DNA of 64,000 bases, taken from Owenia fusiformis (lineage: Eukaryota). Shown here piece by piece: positions 1 to 13,500 of the stretch. Under the pieces are notes generated by a model, which saw only the letters and a program-made list of their open reading frames with translations, was not told where the DNA came from and searched no databases. How positions within the stretch are numbered: position 1 is the first letter of the stretch; every line of letters begins with the position of its first letter. The position numbers were made by a program, and so were the translations under genes. The stretch spans positions 15,376,001 to 15,440,000 of the forward strand of contig CAIIXF020000001.1 of the NCBI GenBank assembly GCA_903813345.2, in the 5' to 3' direction.

Positions 1-188
1 AATATCGTCAAAATCAAGGGTTTTTGGGGTAAAAAGCGAAAACTGATGATTCAGCAAAAACATTAAATTTGTTCATGAAAATTCCCCTTTTTGCCTCCGT
101 CCAAAATATGTTTCACACTAATAAACTTCAATTCTGGTTGATTCTGAGTAGTTTTAAAAAATTTTGGTCACTTTCACATGTGACTAAT

Positions 189-655
189 AGGCAAAACTGC
201 CCTAATTCACGTCACCATACTAGTCAATGGGCAAAAGGGCAAACGCCTGACTTTTTATCTCGAGTTATGGATTTATGTGGCCTCACTGGCCTATCTGAGG
301 TTCTAAAGCTATGTCTAAGCTACATCTTGACACTAAACTCGATAGGGGCCAATCATCTACTTTTTGAAATAATTGGTCAATTGTGACACTACCCCCTCTC
401 TCTGCAGACACAAATTGAAATTCACAAAAATGAAGGCAAAATTAATACGCCACTTGACTCGAAATTTTCCTTCAGATAACCCAAATAAACGCATTTTCAG
501 AAGAAATGGCATGTTGCCATTGCAAAAAGATTACAACTGTGCCTACATACTAGCTTACTGACTCGTCATGATCACATTTGTGTTGGGCCTACATTTATTT
601 TTGAATACTACTTTTTTCTATTCAGCGGAAGTGACGTATTAGGGCATTTTGGCCT
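189..655. mobile_element. Module A (first copy): 467-bp element with 18-bp TIRs; candidate long terminal direct repeat of a KolobokP-like composite DNA transposon
   Basis: Left end AGGCAAAACTGCCCTAAT versus reverse complement of right end AGGCCAAAATGCCCTAAT (16/18), followed on both sides by ACGTCAC/GTGACGT. Flanked by AAT on both sides. Family assignment is inferred from architecture, size and AG..CT termini only. Confidence 0.75.
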
Positions 656-658
656 AAT

Positions 659-1513
659 AGCCACATGGTTGGATGATTTCTGGCTTTAAATTGCGTTTTT
701 CCAATTTACTAGAGTTTTTCAAGTAGTTTTGTGCAGTTTAAGAATATTCTGACAGCAATTATGAAAAATATGGCTACTTCATTACCCCTGGGGTCATTTT
801 TCCAAGAACCCAATGGTTTTCCTTTAAATTTGACTAGTTTTTCATTTACATCATGAAATCCACTGCCTGATGGTGACATTTTTCAGTATCGTGTCAAGAA
901 TTTGAGTATTTTATTGCATATTGCAATTTTTAGCCAAATCACTGAACCGTGAACCAGAAAATTGGACAAATTTGACCCACTTTTTGGCAAAATCTTACTA
1001 AAATCATCACTTTTTCATACTTTATTCCATTCAACAACCTCCTGATTTGAAAAATGATGACAAATTTGATCAGTTTTGACTCTGGCCTAGAGAATTGGGA
1101 CTTTTGAGATATTTTTAGCTCGAATGTAGTCATTCAGAGTGAACAAATACATCAAAAATTGACACTTAACTCACCAATTTCTGACTGCACCCCCGATATG
1201 TACCTTCTTTCTATACTGGAAACCATAAGATGGGAAATTCAATCTTTATGATGAATAGCAACTCGTTGGCTTCCCCATTTACGACAACAAATGACATTTA
1301 GGGGTCACTAAGGACAAAATTGTAGCCAAATATCGTCAAAATCAAGGGTTTTTGGGGTAAAAAGCGAAAACTGATGATTCAGCAAAAACATTAAATTTGT
1401 TCATGAAAATTCCCCTTTTTGCCTCCGTCCAAAATATGTTTCACACTAATAAACTTCAATTCTGGTTGATTCTGAGTAGTTTTAAAAAATTTTGGTCACT
1501 TTCACATGTGACT
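659..1513. mobile_element. Module B (first full copy): 855-bp non-coding internal region with short inverted ends
   Basis: Begins AGCCACATG and ends CATGTGACT (reverse complement AGTCACATG, 8/9 match). No ORF over about 65 aa lies wholly within it and no transposase motif was recognised. Confidence 0.65.
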
Positions 1514-4500
1514 AATAGGCAAAACTGCCCTAATTCACGTCACCATACTAGTCAATGGGCAAAAGGGCAAACGCCTGACTTTTTATCTCGAGTTATGGAT
1601 TTATGTGGCCTCACTGGCCTATCTGAGGTTCTAAAGCTATGTCTAAGCTACATCTTGACACTAAACTCGATAGGGGCCAATCATCTACTTTTTGAAATAA
1701 TTGGTCAATTGTGACACTACCCCCTCTCTCTGCAGACACAAATTGAAATTCACAAAAATGAAGGCAAAATTAATACGCCACTTGACTCGAAATTTTCCTT
1801 CAGATAACCCAAATAAACGCATTTTCAGAAGAAATGGCATGTTGCCATTGCAAAAAGATTACAACTGTGCCTACATACTAGCTTACTGACTCGTCATGAT
1901 CACATTTGTGTTGGGCCTACATTTATTTTTGAATACTACTTTTTTCTATTCAGCGGAAGTGACGTATTAGGGCATTTTGGCCTAATAGCCACATGGTTGG
2001 ATGATTTCTGGCTTTAAATTGCGTTTTTCCAATTTACTAGAGTTTTTCAAGTAGTTTTGTGCAGTTTAAGAATATTCTGACAGCAATTATGAAAAATATG
2101 GCTACTTCATTACCCCTGGGGTCATTTTTCCAAGAACCCAATGGTTTTCCTTTAAATTTGACTAGTTTTTCATTTACATCATGAAATCCACTGCCTGATG
2201 GTGACATTTTTCAGTATCGTGTCAAGAATTTGAGTATTTTATTGCATATTGCAATTTTTAGCCAAATCACTGAACCGTGAACCAGAAAATTGGACAAATT
2301 TGACCCACTTTTTGGCAAAATCTTACTAAAATCATCACTTTTTCATACTTTATTCCATTCAACAACCTCCTGATTTGAAAAATGATGACAAATTTGATCA
2401 GTTTTGACTCTGGCCTAGAGAATTGGGACTTTTGAGATATTTTTAGCTCGAATGTAGTCATTCAGAGTGAACAAATACATCAAAAATTGACACTTAACTC
2501 ACCAATTTCTGACTGCACCCCCGATATGTACCTTCTTTCTATACTGGAAACCATAAGATGGGAAATTCAATCTTTATGATGAATAGCAACTCGTTGGCTT
2601 CCCCATTTACGACAACAAATGACATTTAGGGGTCACTAAGGACAAAATTGTAGCCAAATATCGTCAAAATCAAGGGTTTTTGGGGTAAAAAGCGAAAACT
2701 GATGATTCAGCAAAAACATTAAATTTGTTCATGAAAATTCCCCTTTTTGCCTCCGTCCAAAATATGTTTCACACTAATAAACTTCAATTCTGGTTGATTC
2801 TGAGTAGTTTTAAAAAATTTTGGTCACTTTCACATGTGACTAATAGGCAAAACTGCCCTAATTCACGTCACCATACTAGTCAATGGGCAAAAGGGCAAAC
2901 GCCTGACTTTTTATCTCGAGTTATGGATTTATGTGGCCTCACTGGCCTATCTGAGGTTCTAAAGCTATGTCTAAGCTACATCTTGACACTAAACTCGATA
3001 GGGGCCAATCATCTACTTTTTGAAATAATTGGTCAATTGTGACACTACCCCCTCTCTCTGCAGACACAAATTGAAATTCACAAAAATGAAGGCAAAATTA
3101 ATACGCCACTTGACTCGAAATTTTCCTTCAGATAACCCAAATAAACGCATTTTCAGAAGAAATGGCATGTTGCCATTGCAAAAAGATTACAACTGTGCCT
3201 ACATACTAGCTTACTGACTCGTCATGATCACATTTGTGTTGGGCCTACATTTATTTTTGAATACTACTTTTTTCTATTCAGCGGAAGTGACGTATTAGGG
3301 CATTTTGGCCTAATAGCCACATGGTTGGATGATTTCTGGCTTTAAATTGCGTTTTTTCCAATTTACTAGAGTTTTTCAAGTAGTTTTGTGCAGTTTAAGA
3401 ATATTCTGACAGCAATTATGAAAAATATGGCTACTTCATTACCCCTGGGGTCATTTTTCCAAGAACCCAATGGTTTTCCTTTAAATTTGACTAGTTTTTC
3501 ATTTACATCATGAAATCCACTGCCTGATGGTGACATTTTTCAGTATCGTGTCAAGAATTTGAGTATTTTATTGCATATTGCAATTTTTAGCCAAATCACT
3601 GAACCGTGAACCAGAAAATTGGACAAATTTGACCCACTTTTTGGCAAAATCTTACTAAAATCATCACTTTTTCATACTTTATTCCATTCAACAACCTCCT
3701 GATTTGAAAAATGATGACAAATTTGATCAGTTTTGACTCTGGCCTAGAGAATTGGGACTTTTGAGATATTTTTAGCTCGAATGTAGTCATTCAGAGTGAA
3801 CAAATACATCAAAAATTGACACTTAACTCACCAATTTCTGACTGCACCCCCGATATGTACCTTCTTTCTATACTGGAAACCATAAGATGGGAAATTCAAT
3901 CTTTATGATGAATAGCAACTCGTTGGCTTCCCCATTTACGACAACAAATGACATTTAGGGGTCACTAAGGACAAAATTGTAGCCAAATATCGTCAAAATC
4001 AAGGGTTTTTGGGGTAAAAAGCGAAAACTGATGATTCAGCAAAAACATTAAATTTGTTCATGAAAATTCCCCTTTTTGCCTCCGTCCAAAATATGTTTCA
4101 CACTAATAAACTTCAATTCTGGTTGATTCTGAGTAGTTTTAAAAAATTTTGGTCACTTTCACATGTGACTAATAGGCAAAACTGCCCTAATTCACGTCAC
4201 CATACTAGTCAATGGGCAAAAGGGCAAACGCCTGACTTTTTATCTCGAGTTATGGATTTATGTGGCCTCACTGGCCTATCTGAGGTTCTAAAGCTATGTC
4301 TAAGCTACATCTTGACACTAAACTCGATAGGGGCCAATCATCTACTTTTTGAAATAATTGGTCAATTGTGACACTACCCCCTCTCTCTGCAGACACAAAT
4401 TGAAATTCACAAAAATGAAGGCAAAATTAATACGCCACTTGACTCGAAATTTTCCTTCAGATAACCCAAATAAACGCATTTTCAGAAGAAATGGCATGTT

Positions 4501-7500
4501 GCCATTGCAAAAAGATTACAACTGTGCCTACATACTAGCTTACTGACTCGTCATGATCACATTTGTGTTGGGCCTACATTTATTTTTGAATACTACTTTT
4601 TTCTATTCAGCGGAAGTGACGTATTAGGGCATTTTGGCCTAATAGCCACATGGTTGGATGATTTCTGGCTTTAAATTGCGTTTTTTCCAATTTACTAGAG
4701 TTTTTCAAGTAGTTTTGTGCAGTTTAAGAATATTCTGACAGCAATTATGAAAAATATGGCTACTTCATTACCCCTGGGGTCATTTTTCCAAGAACCCAAT
4801 GGTTTTCCTTTAAATTTGACTAGTTTTTCATTTACATCATGAAATCCACTGCCTGATGGTGACATTTTTCAGTATCGTGTCAAGAATTTGAGTATTTTAT
4901 TGCATATTGCAATTTTTAGCCAAATCACTGAACCGTGAACCAGAAAATTGGACAAATTTGACCCACTTTTTGGCAAAATCTTACTAAAATCATCACTTTT
5001 TCATACTTTATTCCATTCAACAACCTCCTGATTTGAAAAATGATGACAAATTTGATCAGTTTTGACTCTGGCCTAGAGAATTGGGACTTTTGAGATATTT
5101 TTAGCTCGAATGTAGTCATTCAGAGTGAACAAATACATCAAAAATTGACACTTAACTCACCAATTTCTGACTGCACCCCCGATATGTACCTTCTTTCTAT
5201 ACTGGAAACCATAAGATGGGAAATTCAATCTTTATGATGAATAGCAACTCGTTGGCTTCCCCATTTACGACAACAAATGACATTTAGGGGTCACTAAGGA
5301 CAAAATTGTAGCCAAATATCGTCAAAATCAAGGGTTTTTGGGGTAAAAAGCGAAAACTGATGATTCAGCAAAAACATTAAATTTGTTCATGAAAATTCCC
5401 CTTTTTGCCTCCGTCCAAAATATGTTTCACACTAATAAACTTCAATTCTGGTTGATTCTGAGTAGTTTTAAAAAATTTTGGTCACTTTCACATGTGACTA
5501 ATAGGCAAAACTGCCCTAATTCACGTCACCATACTAGTCAATGGGCAAAAGGGCAAACGCCTGACTTTTTATCTCGAGTTATGGATTTATGTGGCCTCAC
5601 TGGCCTATCTGAGGTTCTAAAGCTATGTCTAAGCTACATCTTGACACTAAACTCGATAGGGGCCAATCATCTACTTTTTGAAATAATTGGTCAATTGTGA
5701 CACTACCCCCTCTCTCTGCAGACACAAATTGAAATTCACAAAAATGAAGGCAAAATTAATACGCCACTTGACTCGAAATTTTCCTTCAGATAACCCAAAT
5801 AAACGCATTTTCAGAAGAAATGGCATGTTGCCATTGCAAAAAGATTACAACTGTGCCTACATACTAGCTTACTGACTCGTCATGATCACATTTGTGTTGG
5901 GCCTACATTTATTTTTGAATACTACTTTTTTCTATTCAGCGGAAGTGACGTATTAGGGCATTTTGGCCTAATAGCCACATGGTTGGATGATTTCTGGCTT
6001 TAAATTGCGTTTTTCCAATTTACTAGAGTTTTTCAAGTAGTTTTGTGCAGTTTAAGAATATTCTGACAGCAATTATGAAAAATATGGCTACTTCATTACC
6101 CCTGGGGTCATTTTTCCAAGAACCCAATGGTTTTCCTTTAAATTTGACTAGTTTTTCATTTACATCATGAAATCCACTGCCTGATGGTGACATTTTTCAG
6201 TATCGTGTCAAGAATTTGAGTATTTTATTGCATATTGCAATTTTTAGCCAAATCACTGAACCGTGAACCAGAAAATTGGACAAATTTGACCCACTTTTTG
6301 GCAAAATCTTACTAAAATCATCACTTTTTCATACTTTATTCCATTCAACAACCTCCTGATTTGAAAAATGATGACAAATTTGATCAGTTTTGACTCTGGC
6401 CTAGAGAATTGGGACTTTTGAGATATTTTTAGCTCGAATGTAGTCATTCAGAGTGAACAAATACATCAAAAATTGACACTTAACTCACCAATTTCTGACT
6501 GCACCCCCGATATGTACCTTCTTTCTATACTGGAAACCATAAGATGGGAAATTCAATCTTTATGATGAATAGCAACTCGTTGGCTTCCCCATTTACGACA
6601 ACAAATGACATTTAGGGGTCACTAAGGACAAAATTGTAGCCAAATATCGTCAAAATCAAGGGTTTTTGGGGTAAAAAGCGAAAACTGATGATTCAGCAAA
6701 AACATTAAATTTGTTCATGAAAATTCCCCTTTTTGCCTCCGTCCAAAATATGTTTCACACTAATAAACTTCAATTCTGGTTGATTCTGAGTAGTTTTAAA
6801 AAATTTTGGTCACTTTCACATGTGACTAATAGGCAAAACTGCCCTAATTCACGTCACCATACTAGTCAATGGGCAAAAGGGCAAACGCCTGACTTTTTAT
6901 CTCGAGTTATGGATTTATGTGGCCTCACTGGCCTATCTGAGGTTCTAAAGCTATGTCTAAGCTACATCTTGACACTAAACTCGATAGGGGCCAATCATCT
7001 ACTTTTTGAAATAATTGGTCAATTGTGACACTACCCCCTCTCTCTGCAGACACAAATTGAAATTCACAAAAATGAAGGCAAAATTAATACGCCACTTGAC
7101 TCGAAATTTTCCTTCAGATAACCCAAATAAACGCATTTTCAGAAGAAATGGCATGTTGCCATTGCAAAAAGATTACAACTGTGCCTACATACTAGCTTAC
7201 TGACTCGTCATGATCACATTTGTGTTGGGCCTACATTTATTTTTGAATACTACTTTTTTCTATTCAGCGGAAGTGACGTATTAGGGCATTTTGGCCTAAT
7301 AGCCACATGGTTGGATGATTTCTGGCTTTAAATTGCGTTTTTCCAATTTACTAGAGTTTTTCAAGTAGTTTTGTGCAGTTTAAGAATATTCTGACAGCAA
7401 TTATGAAAAATATGGCTACTTCATTACCCCTGGGGTCATTTTTCCAAGAACCCAATGGTTTTCCTTTAAATTTGACTAGTTTTTCATTTACATCATGAAA

Positions 7501-10500
7501 TCCACTGCCTGATGGTGACATTTTTCAGTATCGTGTCAAGAATTTGAGTATTTTATTGCATATTGCAATTTTTAGCCAAATCACTGAACCGTGAACCAGA
7601 AAATTGGACAAATTTGACCCACTTTTTGGCAAAATCTTACTAAAATCATCACTTTTTCATACTTTATTCCATTCAACAACCTCCTGATTTGAAAAATGAT
7701 GACAAATTTGATCAGTTTTGACTCTGGCCTAGAGAATTGGGACTTTTGAGATATTTTTAGCTCGAATGTAGTCATTCAGAGTGAACAAATACATCAAAAA
7801 TTGACACTTAACTCACCAATTTCTGACTGCACCCCCGATATGTACCTTCTTTCTATACTGGAAACCATAAGATGGGAAATTCAATCTTTATGATGAATAG
7901 CAACTCGTTGGCTTCCCCATTTACGACAACAAATGACATTTAGGGGTCACTAAGGACAAAATTGTAGCCAAATATCGTCAAAATCAAGGGTTTTTGGGGT
8001 AAAAAGCGAAAACTGATGATTCAGCAAAAACATTAAATTTGTTCATGAAAATTCCCCTTTTTGCCTCCGTCCAAAATATGTTTCACACTAATAAACTTCA
8101 ATTCTGGTTGATTCTGAGTAGTTTTAAAAAATTTTGGTCACTTTCACATGTGACTAATAGGCAAAACTGCCCTAATTCACGTCACCATACTAGTCAATGG
8201 GCAAAAGGGCAAACGCCTGACTTTTTATCTCGAGTTATGGATTTATGTGGCCTCACTGGCCTATCTGAGGTTCTAAAGCTATGTCTAAGCTACATCTTGA
8301 CACTAAACTCGATAGGGGCCAATCATCTACTTTTTGAAATAATTGGTCAATTGTGACACTACCCCCTCTCTCTGCAGACACAAATTGAAATTCACAAAAA
8401 TGAAGGCAAAATTAATACGCCACTTGACTCGAAATTTTCCTTCAGATAACCCAAATAAACGCATTTTCAGAAGAAATGGCATGTTGCCATTGCAAAAAGA
8501 TTACAACTGTGCCTACATACTAGCTTACTGACTCGTCATGATCACATTTGTGTTGGGCCTACATTTATTTTTGAATACTACTTTTTTCTATTCAGCGGAA
8601 GTGACGTATTAGGGCATTTTGGCCTAATAGCCACATGGTTGGATGATTTCTGGCTTTAAATTGCGTTTTTCCAATTTACTAGAGTTTTTCAAGTAGTTTT
8701 GTGCAGTTTAAGAATATTCTGACAGCAATTATGAAAAATATGGCTACTTCATTACCCCTGGGGTCATTTTTCCAAGAACCCAATGGTTTTCCTTTAAATT
8801 TGACTAGTTTTTCATTTACATCATGAAATCCACTGCCTGATGGTGACATTTTTCAGTATCGTGTCAAGAATTTGAGTATTTTATTGCATATTGCAATTTT
8901 TAGCCAAATCACTGAACCGTGAACCAGAAAATTGGACAAATTTGACCCACTTTTTGGCAAAATCTTACTAAAATCATCACTTTTTCATACTTTATTCCAT
9001 TCAACAACCTCCTGATTTGAAAAATGATGACAAATTTGATCAGTTTTGACTCTGGCCTAGAGAATTGGGACTTTTGAGATATTTTTAGCTCGAATGTAGT
9101 CATTCAGAGTGAACAAATACATCAAAAATTGACACTTAACTCACCAATTTCTGACTGCACCCCCGATATGTACCTTCTTTCTATACTGGAAACCATAAGA
9201 TGGGAAATTCAATCTTTATGATGAATAGCAACTCGTTGGCTTCCCCATTTACGACAACAAATGACATTTAGGGGTCACTAAGGACAAAATTGTAGCCAAA
9301 TATCGTCAAAATCAAGGGTTTTTGGGGTAAAAAGCGAAAACTGATGATTCAGCAAAAACATTAAATTTGTTCATGAAAATTCCCCTTTTTGCCTCCGTCC
9401 AAAATATGTTTCACACTAATAAACTTCAATTCTGGTTGATTCTGAGTAGTTTTAAAAAATTTTGGTCACTTTCACATGTGACTAATAGGCAAAACTGCCC
9501 TAATTCACGTCACCATACTAGTCAATGGGCAAAAGGGCAAACGCCTGACTTTTTATCTCGAGTTATGGATTTATGTGGCCTCACTGGCCTATCTGAGGTT
9601 CTAAAGCTATGTCTAAGCTACATCTTGACACTAAACTCGATAGGGGCCAATCATCTACTTTTTGAAATAATTGGTCAATTGTGACACTACCCCCTCTCTC
9701 TGCAGACACAAATTGAAATTCACAAAAATGAAGGCAAAATTAATACGCCACTTGACTCGAAATTTTCCTTCAGATAACCCAAATAAACGCATTTTCAGAA
9801 GAAATGGCATGTTGCCATTGCAAAAAGATTACAACTGTGCCTACATACTAGCTTACTGACTCGTCATGATCACATTTGTGTTGGGCCTACATTTATTTTT
9901 GAATACTACTTTTTTCTATTCAGCGGAAGTGACGTATTAGGGCATTTTGGCCTAATAGCCACATGGTTGGATGATTTCTGGCTTTAAATTGCGTTTTTTC
10001 CAATTTACTAGAGTTTTTCAAGTAGTTTTGTGCAGTTTAAGAATATTCTGACAGCAATTATGAAAAATATGGCTACTTCATTACCCCTGGGGTCATTTTT
10101 CCAAGAACCCAATGGTTTTCCTTTAAATTTGACTAGTTTTTCATTTACATCATGAAATCCACTGCCTGATGGTGACATTTTTCAGTATCGTGTCAAGAAT
10201 TTGAGTATTTTATTGCATATTGCAATTTTTAGCCAAATCACTGAACCGTGAACCAGAAAATTGGACAAATTTGACCCACTTTTTGGCAAAATCTTACTAA
10301 AATCATCACTTTTTCATACTTTATTCCATTCAACAACCTCCTGATTTGAAAAATGATGACAAATTTGATCAGTTTTGACTCTGGCCTAGAGAATTGGGAC
10401 TTTTGAGATATTTTTAGCTCGAATGTAGTCATTCAGAGTGAACAAATACATCAAAAATTGACACTTAACTCACCAATTTCTGACTGCACCCCCGATATGT

Positions 10501-13500
10501 ACCTTCTTTCTATACTGGAAACCATAAGATGGGAAATTCAATCTTTATGATGAATAGCAACTCGTTGGCTTCCCCATTTACGACAACAAATGACATTTAG
10601 GGGTCACTAAGGACAAAATTGTAGCCAAATATCGTCAAAATCAAGGGTTTTTGGGGTAAAAAGCGAAAACTGATGATTCAGCAAAAACATTAAATTTGTT
10701 CATGAAAATTCCCCTTTTTGCCTCCGTCCAAAATATGTTTCACACTAATAAACTTCAATTCTGGTTGATTCTGAGTAGTTTTAAAAAATTTTGGTCACTT
10801 TCACATGTGACTAATAGGCAAAACTGCCCTAATTCACGTCACCATACTAGTCAATGGGCAAAAGGGCAAACGCCTGACTTTTTATCTCGAGTTATGGATT
10901 TATGTGGCCTCACTGGCCTATCTGAGGTTCTAAAGCTATGTCTAAGCTACATCTTGACACTAAACTCGATAGGGGCCAATCATCTACTTTTTGAAATAAT
11001 TGGTCAATTGTGACACTACCCCCTCTCTCTGCAGACACAAATTGAAATTCACAAAAATGAAGGCAAAATTAATACGCCACTTGACTCGAAATTTTCCTTC
11101 AGATAACCCAAATAAACGCATTTTCAGAAGAAATGGCATGTTGCCATTGCAAAAAGATTACAACTGTGCCTACATACTAGCTTACTGACTCGTCATGATC
11201 ACATTTGTGTTGGGCCTACATTTATTTTTGAATACTACTTTTTTCTATTCAGCGGAAGTGACGTATTAGGGCATTTTGGCCTAATAGCCACATGGTTGGA
11301 TGATTTCTGGCTTTAAATTGCGTTTTTCCAATTTACTAGAGTTTTTCAAGTAGTTTTGTGCAGTTTAAGAATATTCTGACAGCAATTATGAAAAATATGG
11401 CTACTTCATTACCCCTGGGGTCATTTTTCCAAGAACCCAATGGTTTTCCTTTAAATTTGACTAGTTTTTCATTTACATCATGAAATCCACTGCCTGATGG
11501 TGACATTTTTCAGTATCGTGTCAAGAATTTGAGTATTTTATTGCATATTGCAATTTTTAGCCAAATCACTGAACCGTGAACCAGAAAATTGGACAAATTT
11601 GACCCACTTTTTGGCAAAATCTTACTAAAATCATCACTTTTTCATACTTTATTCCATTCAACAACCTCCTGATTTGAAAAATGATGACAAATTTGATCAG
11701 TTTTGACTCTGGCCTAGAGAATTGGGACTTTTGAGATATTTTTAGCTCGAATGTAGTCATTCAGAGTGAACAAATACATCAAAAATTGACACTTAACTCA
11801 CCAATTTCTGACTGCACCCCCGATATGTACCTTCTTTCTATACTGGAAACCATAAGATGGGAAATTCAATCTTTATGATGAATAGCAACTCGTTGGCTTC
11901 CCCATTTACGACAACAAATGACATTTAGGGGTCACTAAGGACAAAATTGTAGCCAAATATCGTCAAAATCAAGGGTTTTTGGGGTAAAAAGCGAAAACTG
12001 ATGATTCAGCAAAAACATTAAATTTGTTCATGAAAATTCCCCTTTTTGCCTCCGTCCAAAATATGTTTCACACTAATAAACTTCAATTCTGGTTGATTCT
12101 GAGTAGTTTTAAAAAATTTTGGTCACTTTCACATGTGACTAATAGGCAAAACTGCCCTAATTCACGTCACCATACTAGTCAATGGGCAAAAGGGCAAACG
12201 CCTGACTTTTTATCTCGAGTTATGGATTTATGTGGCCTCACTGGCCTATCTGAGGTTCTAAAGCTATGTCTAAGCTACATCTTGACACTAAACTCGATAG
12301 GGGCCAATCATCTACTTTTTGAAATAATTGGTCAATTGTGACACTACCCCCTCTCTCTGCAGACACAAATTGAAATTCACAAAAATGAAGGCAAAATTAA
12401 TACGCCACTTGACTCGAAATTTTCCTTCAGATAACCCAAATAAACGCATTTTCAGAAGAAATGGCATGTTGCCATTGCAAAAAGATTACAACTGTGCCTA
12501 CATACTAGCTTACTGACTCGTCATGATCACATTTGTGTTGGGCCTACATTTATTTTTGAATACTACTTTTTTCTATTCAGCGGAAGTGACGTATTAGGGC
12601 ATTTTGGCCTAATAGCCACATGGTTGGATGATTTCTGGCTTTAAATTGCGTTTTTCCAATTTACTAGAGTTTTTCAAGTAGTTTTGTGCAGTTTAAGAAT
12701 ATTCTGACAGCAATTATGAAAAATATGGCTACTTCATTACCCCTGGGGTCATTTTTCCAAGAACCCAATGGTTTTCCTTTAAATTTGACTAGTTTTTCAT
12801 TTACATCATGAAATCCACTGCCTGATGGTGACATTTTTCAGTATCGTGTCAAGAATTTGAGTATTTTATTGCATATTGCAATTTTTAGCCAAATCACTGA
12901 ACCGTGAACCAGAAAATTGGACAAATTTGACCCACTTTTTGGCAAAATCTTACTAAAATCATCACTTTTTCATACTTTATTCCATTCAACAACCTCCTGA
13001 TTTGAAAAATGATGACAAATTTGATCAGTTTTGACTCTGGCCTAGAGAATTGGGACTTTTGAGATATTTTTAGCTCGAATGTAGTCATTCAGAGTGAACA
13101 AATACATCAAAAATTGACACTTAACTCACCAATTTCTGACTGCACCCCCGATATGTACCTTCTTTCTATACTGGAAACCATAAGATGGGAAATTCAATCT
13201 TTATGATGAATAGCAACTCGTTGGCTTCCCCATTTACGACAACAAATGACATTTAGGGGTCACTAAGGACAAAATTGTAGCCAAATATCGTCAAAATCAA
13301 GGGTTTTTGGGGTAAAAAGCGAAAACTGATGATTCAGCAAAAACATTAAATTTGTTCATGAAAATTCCCCTTTTTGCCTCCGTCCAAAATATGTTTCACA
13401 CTAATAAACTTCAATTCTGGTTGATTCTGAGTAGTTTTAAAAAATTTTGGTCACTTTCACATGTGACTAATAGGCAAAACTGCCCTAATTCACGTCACCA

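Noticed and set aside
189-1983. Tandem LTR retrotransposon or TRIM array
   Set aside because: The direct-repeat module ends AG..CT with 18-bp TIRs rather than TG..CA, and no primer-binding site or polypurine tract was seen next to it.
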